A stretch of DNA of 64,000 bases from positions 7,243,625 through 7,307,624 of the forward strand of contig CM082579.2 in NCBI GenBank assembly GCA_040954595.2, written 5' to 3'. The notes below the pieces were generated by a model. The model searched no databases, was not told the origin of the DNA, and saw only the letters and a program-made list of their open reading frames with translations. This stretch comes from Balanoglossus misakiensis (taxonomy: Eukaryota; Animalia; Hemichordata). Positions 25,028 to 39,415 of this stretch are shown piece by piece. The translations under genes and the position numbers were made by a program. The stretch's first letter is position 1. Every line of letters starts with the position of its first letter.

Positions 25028-27456
25028 ATGACCGGTTTCTTACGAAATGCCGGATGCGGCGTCTGTGTTTCCATGGCAACGTTGTGGAAGCGACCCGTAT
25101 GCTTGGCGACCCTTGCAACAAGTGTCCAAAAGCATCCGTATAGTTCAAGTAAGTATTGAACTATGAAGGTCATGAACAGGAAAAGGAATGTCATGTCACT
25201 GGTGTCTGGTGACACTCCCATGTCAAAGTACAGTGTATGCATAATGTGGCATGTAGCAGTGGTCGTGTTTTAAAATTAGAGGTAGATGTTGGCAAGGATG
25301 TTTATGTTAACGTTTTTACATTTAATGAGAGACTATGCAAATTTATTATTCTATATCAAAAACGTCACACTATTGATGTATATTACTCAAAGGCAAAGGT
25401 CATGTAATTCATGCTAGCTGCAAGTCAGTGACCGGACTGTATGTACTCCATGCAGATCTCTGGTCTGTGTACATGTGGTCTTGCTTGAATGCCGGTTTTT
25501 GCCATGCAGCCCGCAACAAGCAAAGCAGTGAGCTTTGGTTCTGTGGTCAGTGTATGTTTTGTCTAAATTATTAGGTTCAGGCAACGTCCAGGCAAGTACT
25601 TCTAGTTTGACAAAACATTCTCATTGGCAGGTCCACAGATACAAAGTCAGCTGAAGACTGTTGGCAGAAAAGGCAAAATTCCAACAAGGAACTTGGGACA
25701 GCCCACTCCTTACACCCACCCACACCTCATGAAGTATGGGGACATCACACCTGGGATCAGCTCAGAAGAATATGCACGCCGCAGGACCAATCTCATGTTG
25801 GAAATCGGTAAATTATCTGCCAATGAATCAGTGAATAAGCATGTTGTTGTTGTGCCATCCCATCCCAAAATATACATGACGGACGAAATTCCGTACCCGT
25901 TCAGACAGAGCACGGATTTTCTGTATCTGTGCGGTTTTCAGGAGCCCGACAGTATTCTGGTGTTAGAGAGTCTGCCGGACAAGAAGCTGCCCAGTCATAA
26001 GGCGACGCTGTTGGTTCCGAAGAGGGACAGGCACAGGGAATTGTGGGATGGCCCGAGAAGTGGCACCGAGGGCGCCACTGAGTTCATCGGCGTGGACGTC
26101 GCCTACGACAACAGCGAGCTCAGCGAGTTCCTCCTGCAGTTCTCCCAGCAGAGGGATCTCGTCCTGTGGTACGATTTTCTGAAGCCCTCGCATCCGGAAT
26201 TCCACAGCAAGATAATGAAACAGCTGATCCTGCCGGTGCGTAATAAGGGAAATGCCATCAAGACCCTTGAAGAGACGCTGCACAAGCTGAGAGTCATCAA
26301 GTCCAAGGCCGAACAACAGTTAATGAGGCAGTCGGCTGCCGTTGCATCTCAAGCCTTCATTAACGTCATGAAGTTTTCCCGGCCACTCATCAACGAATCG
26401 GACCTCTACGCCCGAATAGACTACGAATGTCGTGTGAACGGAGCCGAATTCCTAGCCTATCCTCCGGTGATCGCCGGCGGCAACCGAGCCAACACGCTGC
26501 ATTACGTTAAAAATAACCAGATTGTGAAACCCGATGAACTGATCCTGATGGATGCAGGTTGTGAATACCATGGTTACGCCAGCGATGTCACTCGCACATG
26601 GCCGGTTAGCGGCAAATTCATGGTGCCCCAGAGGACTCTGTATGAAATGGTGCTCGACGTGCAACTCAAGTGTATAGAGATGTGTTCACGGAAAAGTGTC
26701 ACGTTGGATCAGATCTACACTTCGATGTTGAACATGTTGGGACACCACCTCAAAGATCTGGGGATATTGCCACAGGGGGTGGACAATACAGAAGTTGTGA
26801 AGGTGAGATTATGGTTACAGGGAAAGAATACAGCTGGACAGTTGTTTTTGTGCTGTCAACAAATTTTGTCCGGGATGACTTTCTGCCACTGTATGATCTG
26901 TAGGCATATAGTCGTGCCTTTCGATCCTGTGAGGTTTGCCCACGTACAGCGTCAGAAACAAACAGCTTTGAAATTTGCCTTTGATTTCTATTACCTTTTT
27001 AGCGTGCAAGTATATACTGCCCTCACCACGTGGGTCACTATCTGGGCATGGACACACACGACACCCCAAGAGTCGCGAGAAATATCGGTTTACAGCCAGG
27101 AATGGTCATCACCATTGAACCAGGTAGGGGGCGCACAAGTAAAATATACACTTGTACTCACTGACAGTGTAACCTGTCCTGAAACCCATATTGAGCAGAA
27201 TGATAGCATCAACCAATTCTGATTAACAGAACTCTTAAACTGTGACTGATCCACAGATACATTGTTGACATTTTCAGGTGTTTATATCCCTCTAAGTGAC
27301 AAGAATGCACCATCTCAATACCGGGGTATTGGCATCCGAATCGAAGATGATATACTGATCACAGAGGATGGATCTCCAGAAGTCTTGACGTCTCAGTGTC
27401 CGAAGACAGTGGAAGACATTGAGAAACTTTGCAGGTTTCATATGTTGCCGTGGTAA
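25028..27456 (+). CDS. XPNPEP3: Xaa-Pro aminopeptidase 3 (Icp55-like, M24B family), ~515-530 aa
   Basis: Exon 1 from ATG 25028 or 25073 to 25148 (basic, acid-free, presequence-like), then 25631-26802, 27003-27123, 27278-27456, all in phase. Motifs [82 protein letters not shown]. Exon 1 is less certain than the rest. Confidence 0.92.
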
Positions 27457-30145
27457 TTCACGGATATGAGTATGTTTGTCCTGCAGAGAGGTCATTTTGT
27501 GGTTTTGGACATTTTTACAGAAAAAGTTTGACGAAAGATATGTTTTCCATGAAGCTTAAATTCACTCTCCATGAAAATATACGCAATGGATCAGTTAGGC
27601 TGCTTTAAGAACAAGCTGACATATTATGAATGGTGCTGTCCATAGGTGTAACAAGTTAGTGTAGTAGCATTTGACACCGTTGTCATTTGAAGCAGAAACT
27701 AACTTTGTCAGACATACTGACAAAGTCATGGCATGGTATGGTATGTGTGAGGGGGTCATAACAAGATAATGTGTTGAAGCGACTTTGGTATGAATTTTAT
27801 GAATAATGAAACATGATCAGCGAAAAAAATAGCATAGTACATTGTATCTTTAATAATAAGCCAGCCTACACATAGTAATCTCCAGTGGATACTTTCTTAT
27901 AGGTATTCCAGAGCCTGTCCGTCACTACTGTTGCACGTACCGCCACAATGGGTGGTGTTGTGTGTCAGTGCAGTCAAGGTTGACACAACTGAGCATGCTC
28001 ACTATTTAAAGCTGACCTTGACCAATTTCAAATCTTTGTAGTTGGTTTCTCTTTCCGTCTTCAAAGGAACTCCACCTTGACCTTGTTTGACTTCTGTGTC
28101 TGGTGCTAAGGCTGTCAATATGGCACTTTCACCATTTCATCATTGATTGTACAGAAAATGGGAAATTGTCACGAATATAAAAATATTTTTTCGCAAACTA
28201 CGCAAGAACCAAAAAAATGCAAAAATAAAAGGTCGTGTATACAGGAATCACTCTGAAGGATTTCATAGAGATAGTTTCATAGAGATAGAGATAGTGCAAA
28301 CCTTGAGCAAGCTTTTTGTTTAATAGTAGAACAGTCAGACAAATGCTGTTGTACAGCATTATTTGCAGTGTTTTTAGATGACGGTGGACGATGAATATCT
28401 TTGAGGTATACCAGTGATTTACATATTCAGTGGTGTTTGATTGTCAGTTGAATGATGAAAACGACACCTGTAACTTTGGATGCGTTATTGTACATGTTTT
28501 CAGTATTTTAGACTTTTGTTGTGTGTGAAAGGTTGCAGGAGTATCAGGTAGAGATAAATTCCACGTGCTCAATGTGTGTGTGTACATCCTTCAAGGACAA
28601 TAGCTTTCAGTAAGGTCAGGTAATTTTATTCTCCATTCAAATATCAAGTCCACATCAAAAGAGTTGGTTGCTAATCGTTTCAGTGAAAAGTAGAACACTA
28701 TTGGAATCATTACATTGATTTGCCCATTGAAAAAAACGTAGGTAAAAAAAATGGTAAAAGGTTCCACGTCATAAAGTTCACCTTAAACAGTAAAAGTCAG
28801 ATAAATAGAAAGATGGCTAGTAGCATAAGGTTTCAAGTTCTATGTACAAGAAATTATATTTCAGACAGCACTGGTGAAATAGAGTTTAGAATGAAAGATC
28901 TATGGTAGTCACGAAGACTTGAAACAACAAAATGAGCATGACAAAATGGCTCCAACTCAAAATATGACAATTAGCTTCAACAACATGACCAGTACACGAA
29001 TTCACTCAACATGTTGAGATATTGAAATTCAAACTTCATCCAACATAACAAATCAAGGGAAAACGCAAATACAAAAATTTAAAACATAAAATTACCAAGA
29101 TTTCTTGTACACTTACATGTCAATATTTTCAAATAAAATGTGAACTGTTCGCTCAGCGTCTACCACTTATATTTTACGTGTTTGCTTTAATGTTTATTAT
29201 CAAAAAAAATTCACTTGAAATAGAGTTCACACCACATTATATGTATGCACTTCGTTGCATCACAGCCAAACTGAGCATTTCAACTGCACACAATATATTC
29301 TTACCGTAGAAAAAACATTGTTTAAATAGACACCAAGCCATACTTAATTAATTTGTGGTTATGTTTTTCAATGACTTTTTTTCTTGACAGAACAATATCT
29401 ACACAGAAATACCATATGAAACACACAGGATGCAGTGATATTACAATGCAAGGCACTTTGTGATTGAGTGACTTATCCAACATAGGACTACTGTACTCAA
29501 TGCAATTTTTTTTACAACATTATTTACCCACTTCCTGTTTCTGGCCCAGCGCACACGATCAGCATTCGGCCAAACTCAAATTATACATGCGATAACATTA
29601 TGTCGTCAGCACCCGCGACAATCAAGTAAAGTTTTAATTTCTGTACAATAAGATTATCATGCTTTCTGTTAAAATTCATGTCAAGGTAATAAGTGGTCTC
29701 AAGTAGAAAAGTTGATACACCAAACTATGATGACTGTAGGGCTTTACATAGTAAAGCTTGAAATAAATCCTTCGGAACTTCTTTTTCGGAAAAAAACTGT
29801 TCACAGCAGCCTCAGTTCAGTGGTCAACTGCACATCCATTTTGACCCCTTCCCCCCCCCCCCCCTTCCCTCTAAAGAGATCCAACACTACCGTTGGGAAC
29901 AACGGCGTTGGACCAAACCACTCTGGTGAAGGCATTAAGACCAGTATATCAGGGACCCCATGGTAAGGAGGCAGTGAATATTCTAAAGATAATAGACTGG
30001 GGGTTACTCAAGCTGATCACCCCTCTTAGCAAAATGTACCCTGTCTGAATAAAATGCAAAATGTCGCTGAAATGTACATATCGTGCGGATCACTCCATTC
30101 ATAACACAGGGTTTAAAAAAGGTAAAATGACGGGAGGGGCCTGGT

Positions 30146-33100
30146 TTACCATTCTAATTCTACGGGATATTCGCCCGTCAAACAGGCTGTGCAGTGTCCA
30201 ACTTTGGTGGCGTCCTTTTCAGCAATTCCTTGCCGCACGGCCGACACCAGCCCCTCCACTGACAGGTAGACCACGCTGGTAGCGCCCAGGTACTCAGCCA
30301 GCTGATCTGCGGCGAGACGGTTGGCGATCAGTTCCTCTTTGGTCGGTATATTAATGCCCATGTAGCAAGGATGTTTTATCGGTGGCGAGGCCAGACGAAC
30401 ATGAACCTGCAAAAGTATTCAATATTTAAGTTTAAAAGGCATTTGGCATGTCAATATGGGAACTACTTTTTTCAAAGGGTAATGTCAAATCAGTTTTTCT
30501 TCTGCTCTGGTTAATCATTAATGAAAACCCCAGCATTCAGATTGCCAACACATCTTTTTTAGTGACATTGATGGGGTCTGGCGTAATTACTAGGTTATAG
30601 CATCCACCAATTTTCAGTGCAGTGTGCATTGAACAGTGGAAACTTTACTCTTCTCATTTTTTTAGCACAACACAACAAGCAGCATCGCTCACCTCTTTTG
30701 CCCCCGCGTCTTTGAGGAGTTTGATGATTGGTCCGATGGTGTTGCCCCGGACGATGGAGTCGTCTATGAGAACGACCCTCTTGTCGCGGAAGTTTTCCGT
30801 CAAAGCACCAAACTTCTTGGCCACACCAAGCTGTCGCAGTCTCGTGTTGGGTTGGATGAAGGTGCGTCCGACGTACCGGTTCTTGCAAAGAACTTCCACG
30901 TACGGTAAACCAGACTGGAAAAAACAACACACACCAGAGTCATGATTTTCCACACAATTTGAGCATCAATGACTTACTATTCAAAAAAAATATAAACCCC
31001 ATTATAAACGCGAGGGTGGGGGAGGGGTGATTTGATTTCAAGAGAAAATTTCGGATTTTCAGACTTCAGGATGTTTATCAAGAGAGTATACACTGCCATC
31101 TTACCTCTTCCGCAAATCCCATGGCCGCCGGAGTGGCAGACTCCGGAACTGTGCTCACTACATCCGCCTCCACCGGAGCTTCCTTGGCCAGCTGACGACC
31201 ACAACGTTTACGAACGGAGTAAACCATCTGACCTAATAGAGACCATAGCACAGACAGAAAACACTTAGTAACATACTAGATAATTCATTATCAATACATC
31301 ACTTCACCATTCTCACTAATTAAAACAAAAAAATCTGGTCTGACTTTACCTTCTGCTATGGTGTCGGGTCTCAAGAAATACACATATTCAAATATACAGA
31401 ACGCTGGGGGGTCATTCTTGGGACGAGCAATGACACAGTGCGTCTTGATGCCGTCTTTCGACAGTTGCACAATCTCGCCCGGCATGACTTCGCTGTGGTA
31501 CTTGGCTCCCATCGATTGGAACACGCAGGATTCCGACGACACAATCCATCCTTCGATCTCGTTCTCACTCGGCTTGGTTTCTGGAAAAAGTAGAGGAGAG
31601 ATGTCGGATTAAAAACATAGATATAAAAGGAATACCAGATGCCAGAACACATGGTCACAACTCAGAACATAGTACCAATACAGACTGTGAAAAAAGCAAT
31701 AATAACATGTAATTTACATTGTGCAAATGTTTAAGGATTCAAAGTCAGTCATCAATTCATAAATTGGTCTCTTCATTTAGCAATTTTACAGTATCATTGT
31801 AAAGCACACTGCTAGAATATTCAAGACAGGTCCTCACCAGTATATGCTGTCGGAGAAAGCAGTTTCCCAATGGACAGTGGTCTGTTCCCATAGGGATCTC
31901 TCATGGCATAAATGCTGTCTTCGTGCATAATGACTAACGAGTAGGCCATTCTTGTTTCGATCATCAGCTGTCGTATTCTCGCCGGCCAATTGGGGCCGTC
32001 TGGTTCGCCCTCTGGTGGCGACAGGGCTAGAAGCTGCGTTATTAGCTCACTGTCACTTCCCGTCGACAGTCCAACACCGTGTTTCAAAACCTAGCGAGAA
32101 AAACCCCCAAAACATTACAGATTATGATGAAAAAAGCAAGTAAGATTTACAATAAAAGCACGATCATTCCGTAACTGTACAGCCTCTGTGCAAATATACC
32201 ATCTCTGCTGCAGTTGGGTTAGTGGCAACTCCTCACATACATTGTACAATGTTCTTGCGTTCTTTGGGGGGAATACCTGCAGTTATGAAGACGGCATGTG
32301 AAACTCACGTTGAAAATCAAAACCCACCTTTTTCCTGAGTGGACCGGCATTCACAAGCTCTCCATTGTGAGCTACGGCGATGCGGCCATGTATTGTATCC
32401 ACATCGAAAGGTTGGCAGTTTGTCAGCTCCGAGTCGCCCGCTGTTGAATACCGCGTGTGCCCGATGCCAAGATTTCCTTTCAGCTTGGCCAGTCTCTCCT
32501 CGGAGAAGATGGTGCTCACCAACCCCATGCCCTTGTGTTTGTAGAACTTCTTTGTGTTGGCACCAAAGCTGGTCACAATGCCGGCACTTTCTTGGCCTCT
32601 GTATAAAACCAAACGCCATCATTTTTACAATTGATAGGAAATCACAGCGATATACATTGTATATATAAAATTGTCGGTGTTCTCTCCAGAGCAATTAAAA
32701 GAGTATTGTCAGACTCAAAACAGAAAGTCATTATCAAGACAACTGTATTGTTTGTAAATTAACGTTAAACCATTCCTGTTTCAGAAATTCTCGAGGAGAA
32801 CAGTGATATCATATGCCAGTCTGAACAAAAGTCGGTCTAGACAGTATACATGTACAAACTGAACGTTTCAGAGATGTGTCTGACTCCATGATGTTGGTAT
32901 TGTGGTTTGCATTGGTTACAATGAGTTCTACAGCTTTGTTGTCTGGATTTTTACTCATGCAGACACAGTTGTGTGACGCTAGTATTGGTTTCAGCCTTCT
33001 CTGGCCCTTCACCTCCTTTGTTTGGTACAATCACAGCTTTCAATGATAAAAGCTGGATTCTCTTCAAACATGGAGGGTTGGGGTGAAAGGTTAAAATGTG

Positions 33101-34165
33101 GTTGGCCATCATACCTGGCAACTGCAGCAAAACTGCAGTACCAGCAGCTTTTGATCAAACAATAGGCATAGCGAAGCCATTGTTCTTTCATATTCGCCCA
33201 CCACAGCCAGGACATGTACATTTCCAGAGTTTTGTCTACTTTCTCGCAATACCAGGTTGGAATAAATTAGATATTCAGCATCTGTATCTACTGTTAATTT
33301 GCAATACCAAAAAGCTTATCATGTTACCATGGAAATCCCAAGCACAGTCACTTGAAATTAATTCCCATGACATTAGAAACGACTTGTATAAGAATATGTT
33401 GCATGAGAAATGAGACATTTACATGTAGCAAAAGGGTTTTACTACAATTGGTCATACAACTTGTCCTCTGCATTCATTTGCATGTCAATCCCTTAAAACA
33501 ATAGATGGCAGTTAATACCCCTGGACATTTAAACAAAATAATCAATTATGCTTCACCAGTAAATTTGCCTGGCAATGAACAAATGTGGATTTTCTTTCCA
33601 TAAGCAATTTTTGTAAATGTTTTCTCTTATAACCTTATAATACCAGACAAAATATATTTATAGTCAATTACATACATGTATTATGTTATTATAAGGGTGG
33701 TCACGACCTTGAGAAAATGTTCACCATGGAAAATGGTGAAAATAATTGGGGTCAATGACCCTGACACTCGCGCACCAGTCAGTCCCCAAGGACAGCGAAA
33801 ACTTATTAACACATCTCCAGGTCGAGGAACACAGCTCTTCCAGAACCGGTTTCGCAGTTATTAAAGAATTTCGCCGTTCTTTTGAGCGAATTCAATCAAA
33901 TTAACATTGCCATTCGTATGTTATCGATGTGTCCAGAGTGTGCGATGGTGTGGGTTGGCGATCGCGAGAGAGGTGTATTGAAAACTGAAAAGTAATGACT
34001 GTACAAACATCTTTAGGATTTAACATACCTGTGTTGAAGGCCAACCAAGCCTAGACTTACCACGTGGGCTATATCTAGTTGCGTTGGCCAGTTTCCACAT
34101 GCTACAACTCCAAAGATGCCGCACTTTTCCTGGAGGCCTTCGAGTTCACCAACATAGTCAGCCAT
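30146..34165 (-). CDS. PPAT: Amidophosphoribosyltransferase (glutamine PRPP amidotransferase), ~500 aa
   Basis: Exons 34165-34029, 32598-32328, 32090-31838, 31580-31350, 31232-31105, 30914-30693, 30406-30146 (1503 nt). Propeptide [14 protein letters not shown] then catalytic CGIFG; QHRGQESAG, GHTRYST, HNGELVN, PRPP loop [10 protein letters not shown]; Fe-S cysteine motifs [26 protein letters not shown]. Confidence 0.96.
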
Positions 34166-35117
34166 GGCGACTGGACGACGATTATCTCAGCTGATTCAGA
34201 AATGGATGATGTTGAGTGTTGTTATGACAGTGATCGCCGATGTCTACTCGCAATCTGAATTGATCTGTATAGACAAAACAGTCTACAGCGACTTGATGTT
34301 GTTGGTCGGTACTGTATTATAGTCAAAACAGTCTGAATATGGTAAGATAATCAGTGAAAATACATTTTTCACACATTTTCTCCGGGAATCACACGCCGTA
34401 CCGGTGAAATGCCGGCGTTTAGCACGTGCTGCGCATGTGCATGGAAGATTCAAATGTTACAAAAAAGAGGGGGTTGCAATGTACATAATGTAGCAGACAG
34501 GAAATCGAATGCGGAAGAAACCATTCATTTTTTTCGGTGAACTGGCCCAAAACAATATCGCCAGTATCATGAATATATGTATGTGGTACTGTTATTATCA
34601 TCACAACTCACTACAGCAATGCAAAAGTGTAAATATGTGTGGTATTAGCGCTGTAATGTTGCCTCTTCTGGATGTACATGTATAGAATCTTTACATTCAT
34701 TTCACAATACGTACCACGCGTGGAAAGCATGCTCTTTTCGCGCCAATATTTTTAAGAGGCCGGATGACTGGCTTGTTTTATCCTGCTAGTTTCCTGTATC
34801 CTTGAATAACAATAATCGACACCTATTTATCGATATTCATAATTTAATATTGTATTTGGAATAAAAAGGGGTTCTTTTTATCCCTTTGTTATCATCTTTC
34901 CGGTGGACAAGATGTAACATTCCAGAAACAAACGCGGCGCTATTTTATATTCTGCGTAATGATATTCCGGCCGGCAGCCAGCCAACCCACGTGGTCAGGT
35001 CAGCTGGGTACTGTGAGTTCGTGTCCTTGTACGACACTCGTGGTTTTCACAGACACGCACACGGCACAGATCTCCAAACAGCAGTCCAACGGAGTCAGTC
35101 AAAATCCAACAAGCAAA
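34166..35117. promoter_or_regulatory. PPAT/PAICS bidirectional promoter region
   Basis: 952 bp between divergent ATGs. CACGTG E-boxes at 34423 and 34988, NRF-1-like TGCGCATGTGCA at 34430, E2F-type TTTTCGCGCC at 34735, DRE TATCGATA at 34828. Confidence 0.75.
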
Positions 35118-38100
35118 ATGTCAGGTAGGAATAGTTTGTACCTGTGTGTAGCCGTTCATTTGTATTTTATTAACTGATACACTCTGGCACTACCTTCGGG
35201 AAATTTAACCTTCAGACGTTTGCCATAACAATGAATGAAAGACAGACATCATACATGTGGGGGAAAGCGTGCCAGTGTACATGATTTAGTTTCTTTCGGT
35301 AGTTTTTTTCTGCTGACTGAACTCATGAAACTGTTTACTGAATTTTCCTTCAATACCAATATTGTCACACATAGCTATGTTCATATACATGATTTAAAAG
35401 AAAGTGAGTTGAGTTGCAGCAACAAGTGTCCATGGGGGTGATCAGCCCCCCCCCCCCCCCATCCCCATGGTACAGCTGCGTTACCACAGCTAGGTATTAG
35501 CCTTTTTCCATTGCCAGTTGATGCCGCTATATTTCGTTGCAGTTTATAATAATGTTCTAATGAGGAAGCAGAGAACAATGCTCTGAAGTAAAACATTGCC
35601 ATCTACTGCAATTTTAATATTAATGTTTTTTAACCCCAAGTGGACAAATAATTAACAGTTGCGTGATCTTTCTGGCAGACATCACCCCAGGAAAAGTGCT
35701 GATTGAAGGCAAGACGAAAATCATCCACGAACTTCCAAACAACCAGGTGTTGCTTCAGTCTAAAGACAGGATCACTGCTGGAGATGGAGCCAGGGCCCAT
35801 GAAATGAAAGGCAAAGCTGCCATTTCTACGGCTACAACTTCTAAAATATTTGAACTTCTGAACCGTGCAGGTAAGTTGTCTAGAGAGACGGAAAAAATGA
35901 ATTATTACAATCTTGGCGCCGTGTAAAGATGATAAAATGATAGCACTGTTTCAGAGTGGTGAAATTGACATATGCCACTATGTCACATATATGATGCTTT
36001 TCCCAAACAAGGTAAAAGTGTTGAAGGAAATTACCGCAACTGATTGAAAATCTCATTGAAAAAGAGCACTAACAAATATACACAAAAATAAGGTCTCTTT
36101 CTTTCTCGAGAACTAGATACCCCTTCCTGAAAATGCGCATCCACACCAGGTTGATTTTGAGAGTTGACAATAACAGTGCACGTGTTGTTTGTAACATTAG
36201 GTGTGAAGACACACTTTGTCAAGCAGCATTCAGACACTGCATTCATCGGCATCAACTGTGACATGATTCCATTGGAATTTGTCACCAGAAGAGTTGCTAC
36301 CGGTTCTTTTCTCCGACGCCACGAGGGAGTCAAGGAGGGCTACCGTTTCTGTCCTGTCAAGTCCGAATATTTCTACAAGGTGAGAGATCAATCTTAATCA
36401 TATGCATTATATATGCGTGAAATTTATGCATGTCGATTGCCCTTGTTCTTTTGTATGCGTCTACCTGTCAACTGTGAGAACATGAACATCATTATTGTCT
36501 TTGACAATAAAATACTGACACCTTTAGAATTGCTGGTAAAAAATCATTGGTGAAAACAATGGAAGCAGGAAGCAGTATTGTCACAGATAACAAGCGACTT
36601 TCCTGTTTGTGAATTAGATAATGGTCTGCACAAAATAATAGAATTCAGACAAATGGTTATGTATTGTTCTTTGTGCATACATGTATTGTATTGTATTATC
36701 TGAAAGCTATTGTTCAGAGCAGACTATTGTCTAATTTAAATATTAATTAAAACAACAGGAAATTCACATAAATATAAAATTTGGAATAATGTTAAACCAC
36801 ATACAATACTATAACAAGTCAAATCTGCCATAGAAATAAAGGGACATCAAAATATGCAGCCAAGGAATGTGTTAGCATACCCTACTCCAAGTGTGAGCAG
36901 ACCCTGCTCCATGGGTCACATTCGCTGTACATGTATATCAATCTATAAGGAAGTTTTCAACCCCTTGATGGAAACACTAATGCTTGAAGTATATGTACAA
37001 TATTCTCTTATTTTATCAATCAGGATGATGCAAATCACGATCCTCAGTGGAGTCGCGAGCAGATCATCGCCGCAAAGCTGACACACGGTGGTGTGACTAT
37101 CGGTGCCGATGAACTAGACATCATGACAAAGACCACCGTCTGCGTCTTTGAGATCTTGGAGAAAGCATGGGCCTCTCTGGACTGCAGTCTGATTGACATG
37201 AAAATTGAATACGGTGTGAACAGAGAAACAGGTATCTGTCTTCATTTTGTTTATTTAAATTAAAGATTACTTTCCACAGAAAAGCTCTTAGCAACATGGG
37301 GAAAAGAATCCTGTGAGGACTGAACTGTTTGCTAATGAACCAAAAACAGACCACTCAATATACATGAATGTAATGAACATACATGTTTTATGTAAAATAA
37401 TAAATACATTATTCAGCGTCAGGGAAATGGATATCAGAATTCTTTTCACTTTGTTTTCCTATTCAGATACAGAAAAACCCTAATCAATATCGTATTTGAC
37501 CAATTTTTGCAAAAAAAAAAAATAAAAAAGGCAAAATTCTATGAATAGTGGTAATCAATGACAAGCTGATTGGAATAACTCTCTTCCTGTTTTTGAATGA
37601 TGAATGCTGCTTGAGGTGTTAATTGATATTATTGTGGATTGGACTGAGTAAAACATTAATTCTTCCTGTTTGTCAATGACATCCGTGTATAGAACAGGAA
37701 CTAATCGTGAATACTTGCAGCCTGGAGTCTAATTTTAAGCCTGCCAACGCATGTGCAGTCGTGAATGAATGATCTAAGACTGTTCCCAATCCCCATGACA
37801 ACCAAAGAGACTTCCTCATCCCCATGACAACCAAATTGAAAATAAACCATACATACATCAACAACCTGATCTGAACATTCAACTAATAGATAATAAAGTA
37901 CTTATAATTTACAGTCAAGTTGAAAGTTGGGATTTATTAATAAATTTGCCTGTCACACAATACCTCTAACACAACATTGAATGTCTACAGGTGAGATACT
38001 GTTGGCTGACATCATTGACAGTGATTCGTGGCGTCTGTGGCCAGCTGGCGACAGGAGACTGATGAAAGACAAGCAAGTCTACAGGGAACTGAAAGAGGTC

Positions 38101-39415
38101 ACCGCCGAAGGACTTGAGCAGGTCAAGCGAAATTTTGAATGGGTCGCAGAGAGAGTTGAGGTGAGCAATGTCATTCTTGAGACACCCGTCTCGGTTTATG
38201 GGTTCGCAGTTTGTAGTGAAAGTACTGAAAATTGTCCACAGCTTCATTTGCTGTTTCATTTTTACAGATCAGAAATAGATTTACCCCCTGGCCCTTTTGG
38301 ACAGGGACTAAGGTTTGACATATTGCACAGAGTGTGCTTACTGCCATGTTTCATCCCTCCAGCTCATTGGCTTTTCCCTTCTTACCTTTTTTTACCGTAG
38401 AAACTGTTGCCCAAACCTCGCGCCAGAGCCGTGGTGCTGATGGGATCGGCCAGCGACACGGAACACGGGGAGAAGATCCGGGCGACGTGTCAGTCGTTTG
38501 GCGTGCCATGTGAACTGAGGGTGTCGTCTGCCCACAAGGGAACGGACGAGACCATGAGAATATTGGCCGAGTATGAAGGTAAGGGGGATGAGTCAGATGA
38601 CGTTGAATTATCGATTTGTAAAATCATATGAAACGAATCATATGAAATGAATCATATGAAGATTTTCAAGACATTCTTTTTCATTAATTCATACCTACAG
38701 GTGAAGGATTCCCCACTGTGTTCATAGCTGTAGCTGGACGCAGCAACGGCCTAGGTCCTGTATTGTCCGGCAATTCCACGTGGCCGGTCATCAACTGCCC
38801 TCCAGTCAAGGCTGACTGGGGATCACAGGATATCTGGTCTTCACTCCGATTGCCCTCTGGTGAGTTCTCCACCTCAATTCTCACTACCTTAAAGAGATTT
38901 TTGCTACCTAGGCAAGTGATGAAAATCTCATGTGGCCGACAGAATTTCAAGATGGCGGATTTCTGCCATGTTTATGGGAGTTTCGAAGCTAGATGATGCT
39001 GAAATTTGTTTTCAGAAAAAGACAGAATTTTTTGACTAAGAAAAATCATGAAATATACAATGTAGGTAACAAACATACACCTTCAAACCCTTAATAGAAT
39101 GTGGTGTTATTGACCTTTTTACCCATAATGCAATTTGATTTGACCCCCTAGCACACAGTATTATTTTAGTCACTACATTCCAGTCTGAAATAGCAGCATT
39201 CATTTTTTTTAGATGATGATCGATCCAAAATATTGTTTTCCACAATTCCAGGTCTTGGTTGTACCACTGTCATGTCCCCGGAAGCGGCCGGACTTGCCGC
39301 TGCTCAAATCATCTCCCTCAACGATCACATGGTGTGGGCGCGCCTCCGCGCCAAACAGACCAACACATGGATCGGCCTGATCTACGCCGACAAGAAGGTC
39401 AGGAATGACAAGTAA
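35118..39415 (+). CDS. PAICS: Bifunctional SAICAR synthetase / AIR carboxylase, ~418 aa
   Basis: Exons 35118-35124 (ATG TCA G), 35679-35870, 36201-36379, 37024-37231, 37991-38160, 38401-38578, 38701-38859, 39252-39415 (1257 nt). Motifs [72 protein letters not shown]. Confidence 0.96.

Noticed and set aside
26803-27222. C-terminal ~140 aa of the 532-aa ORF-track protein
   Set aside because: Read-through into an intron; true XPNPEP3 splices at 26802 to 27003 in another frame, restoring the HHVGHYLG motif.
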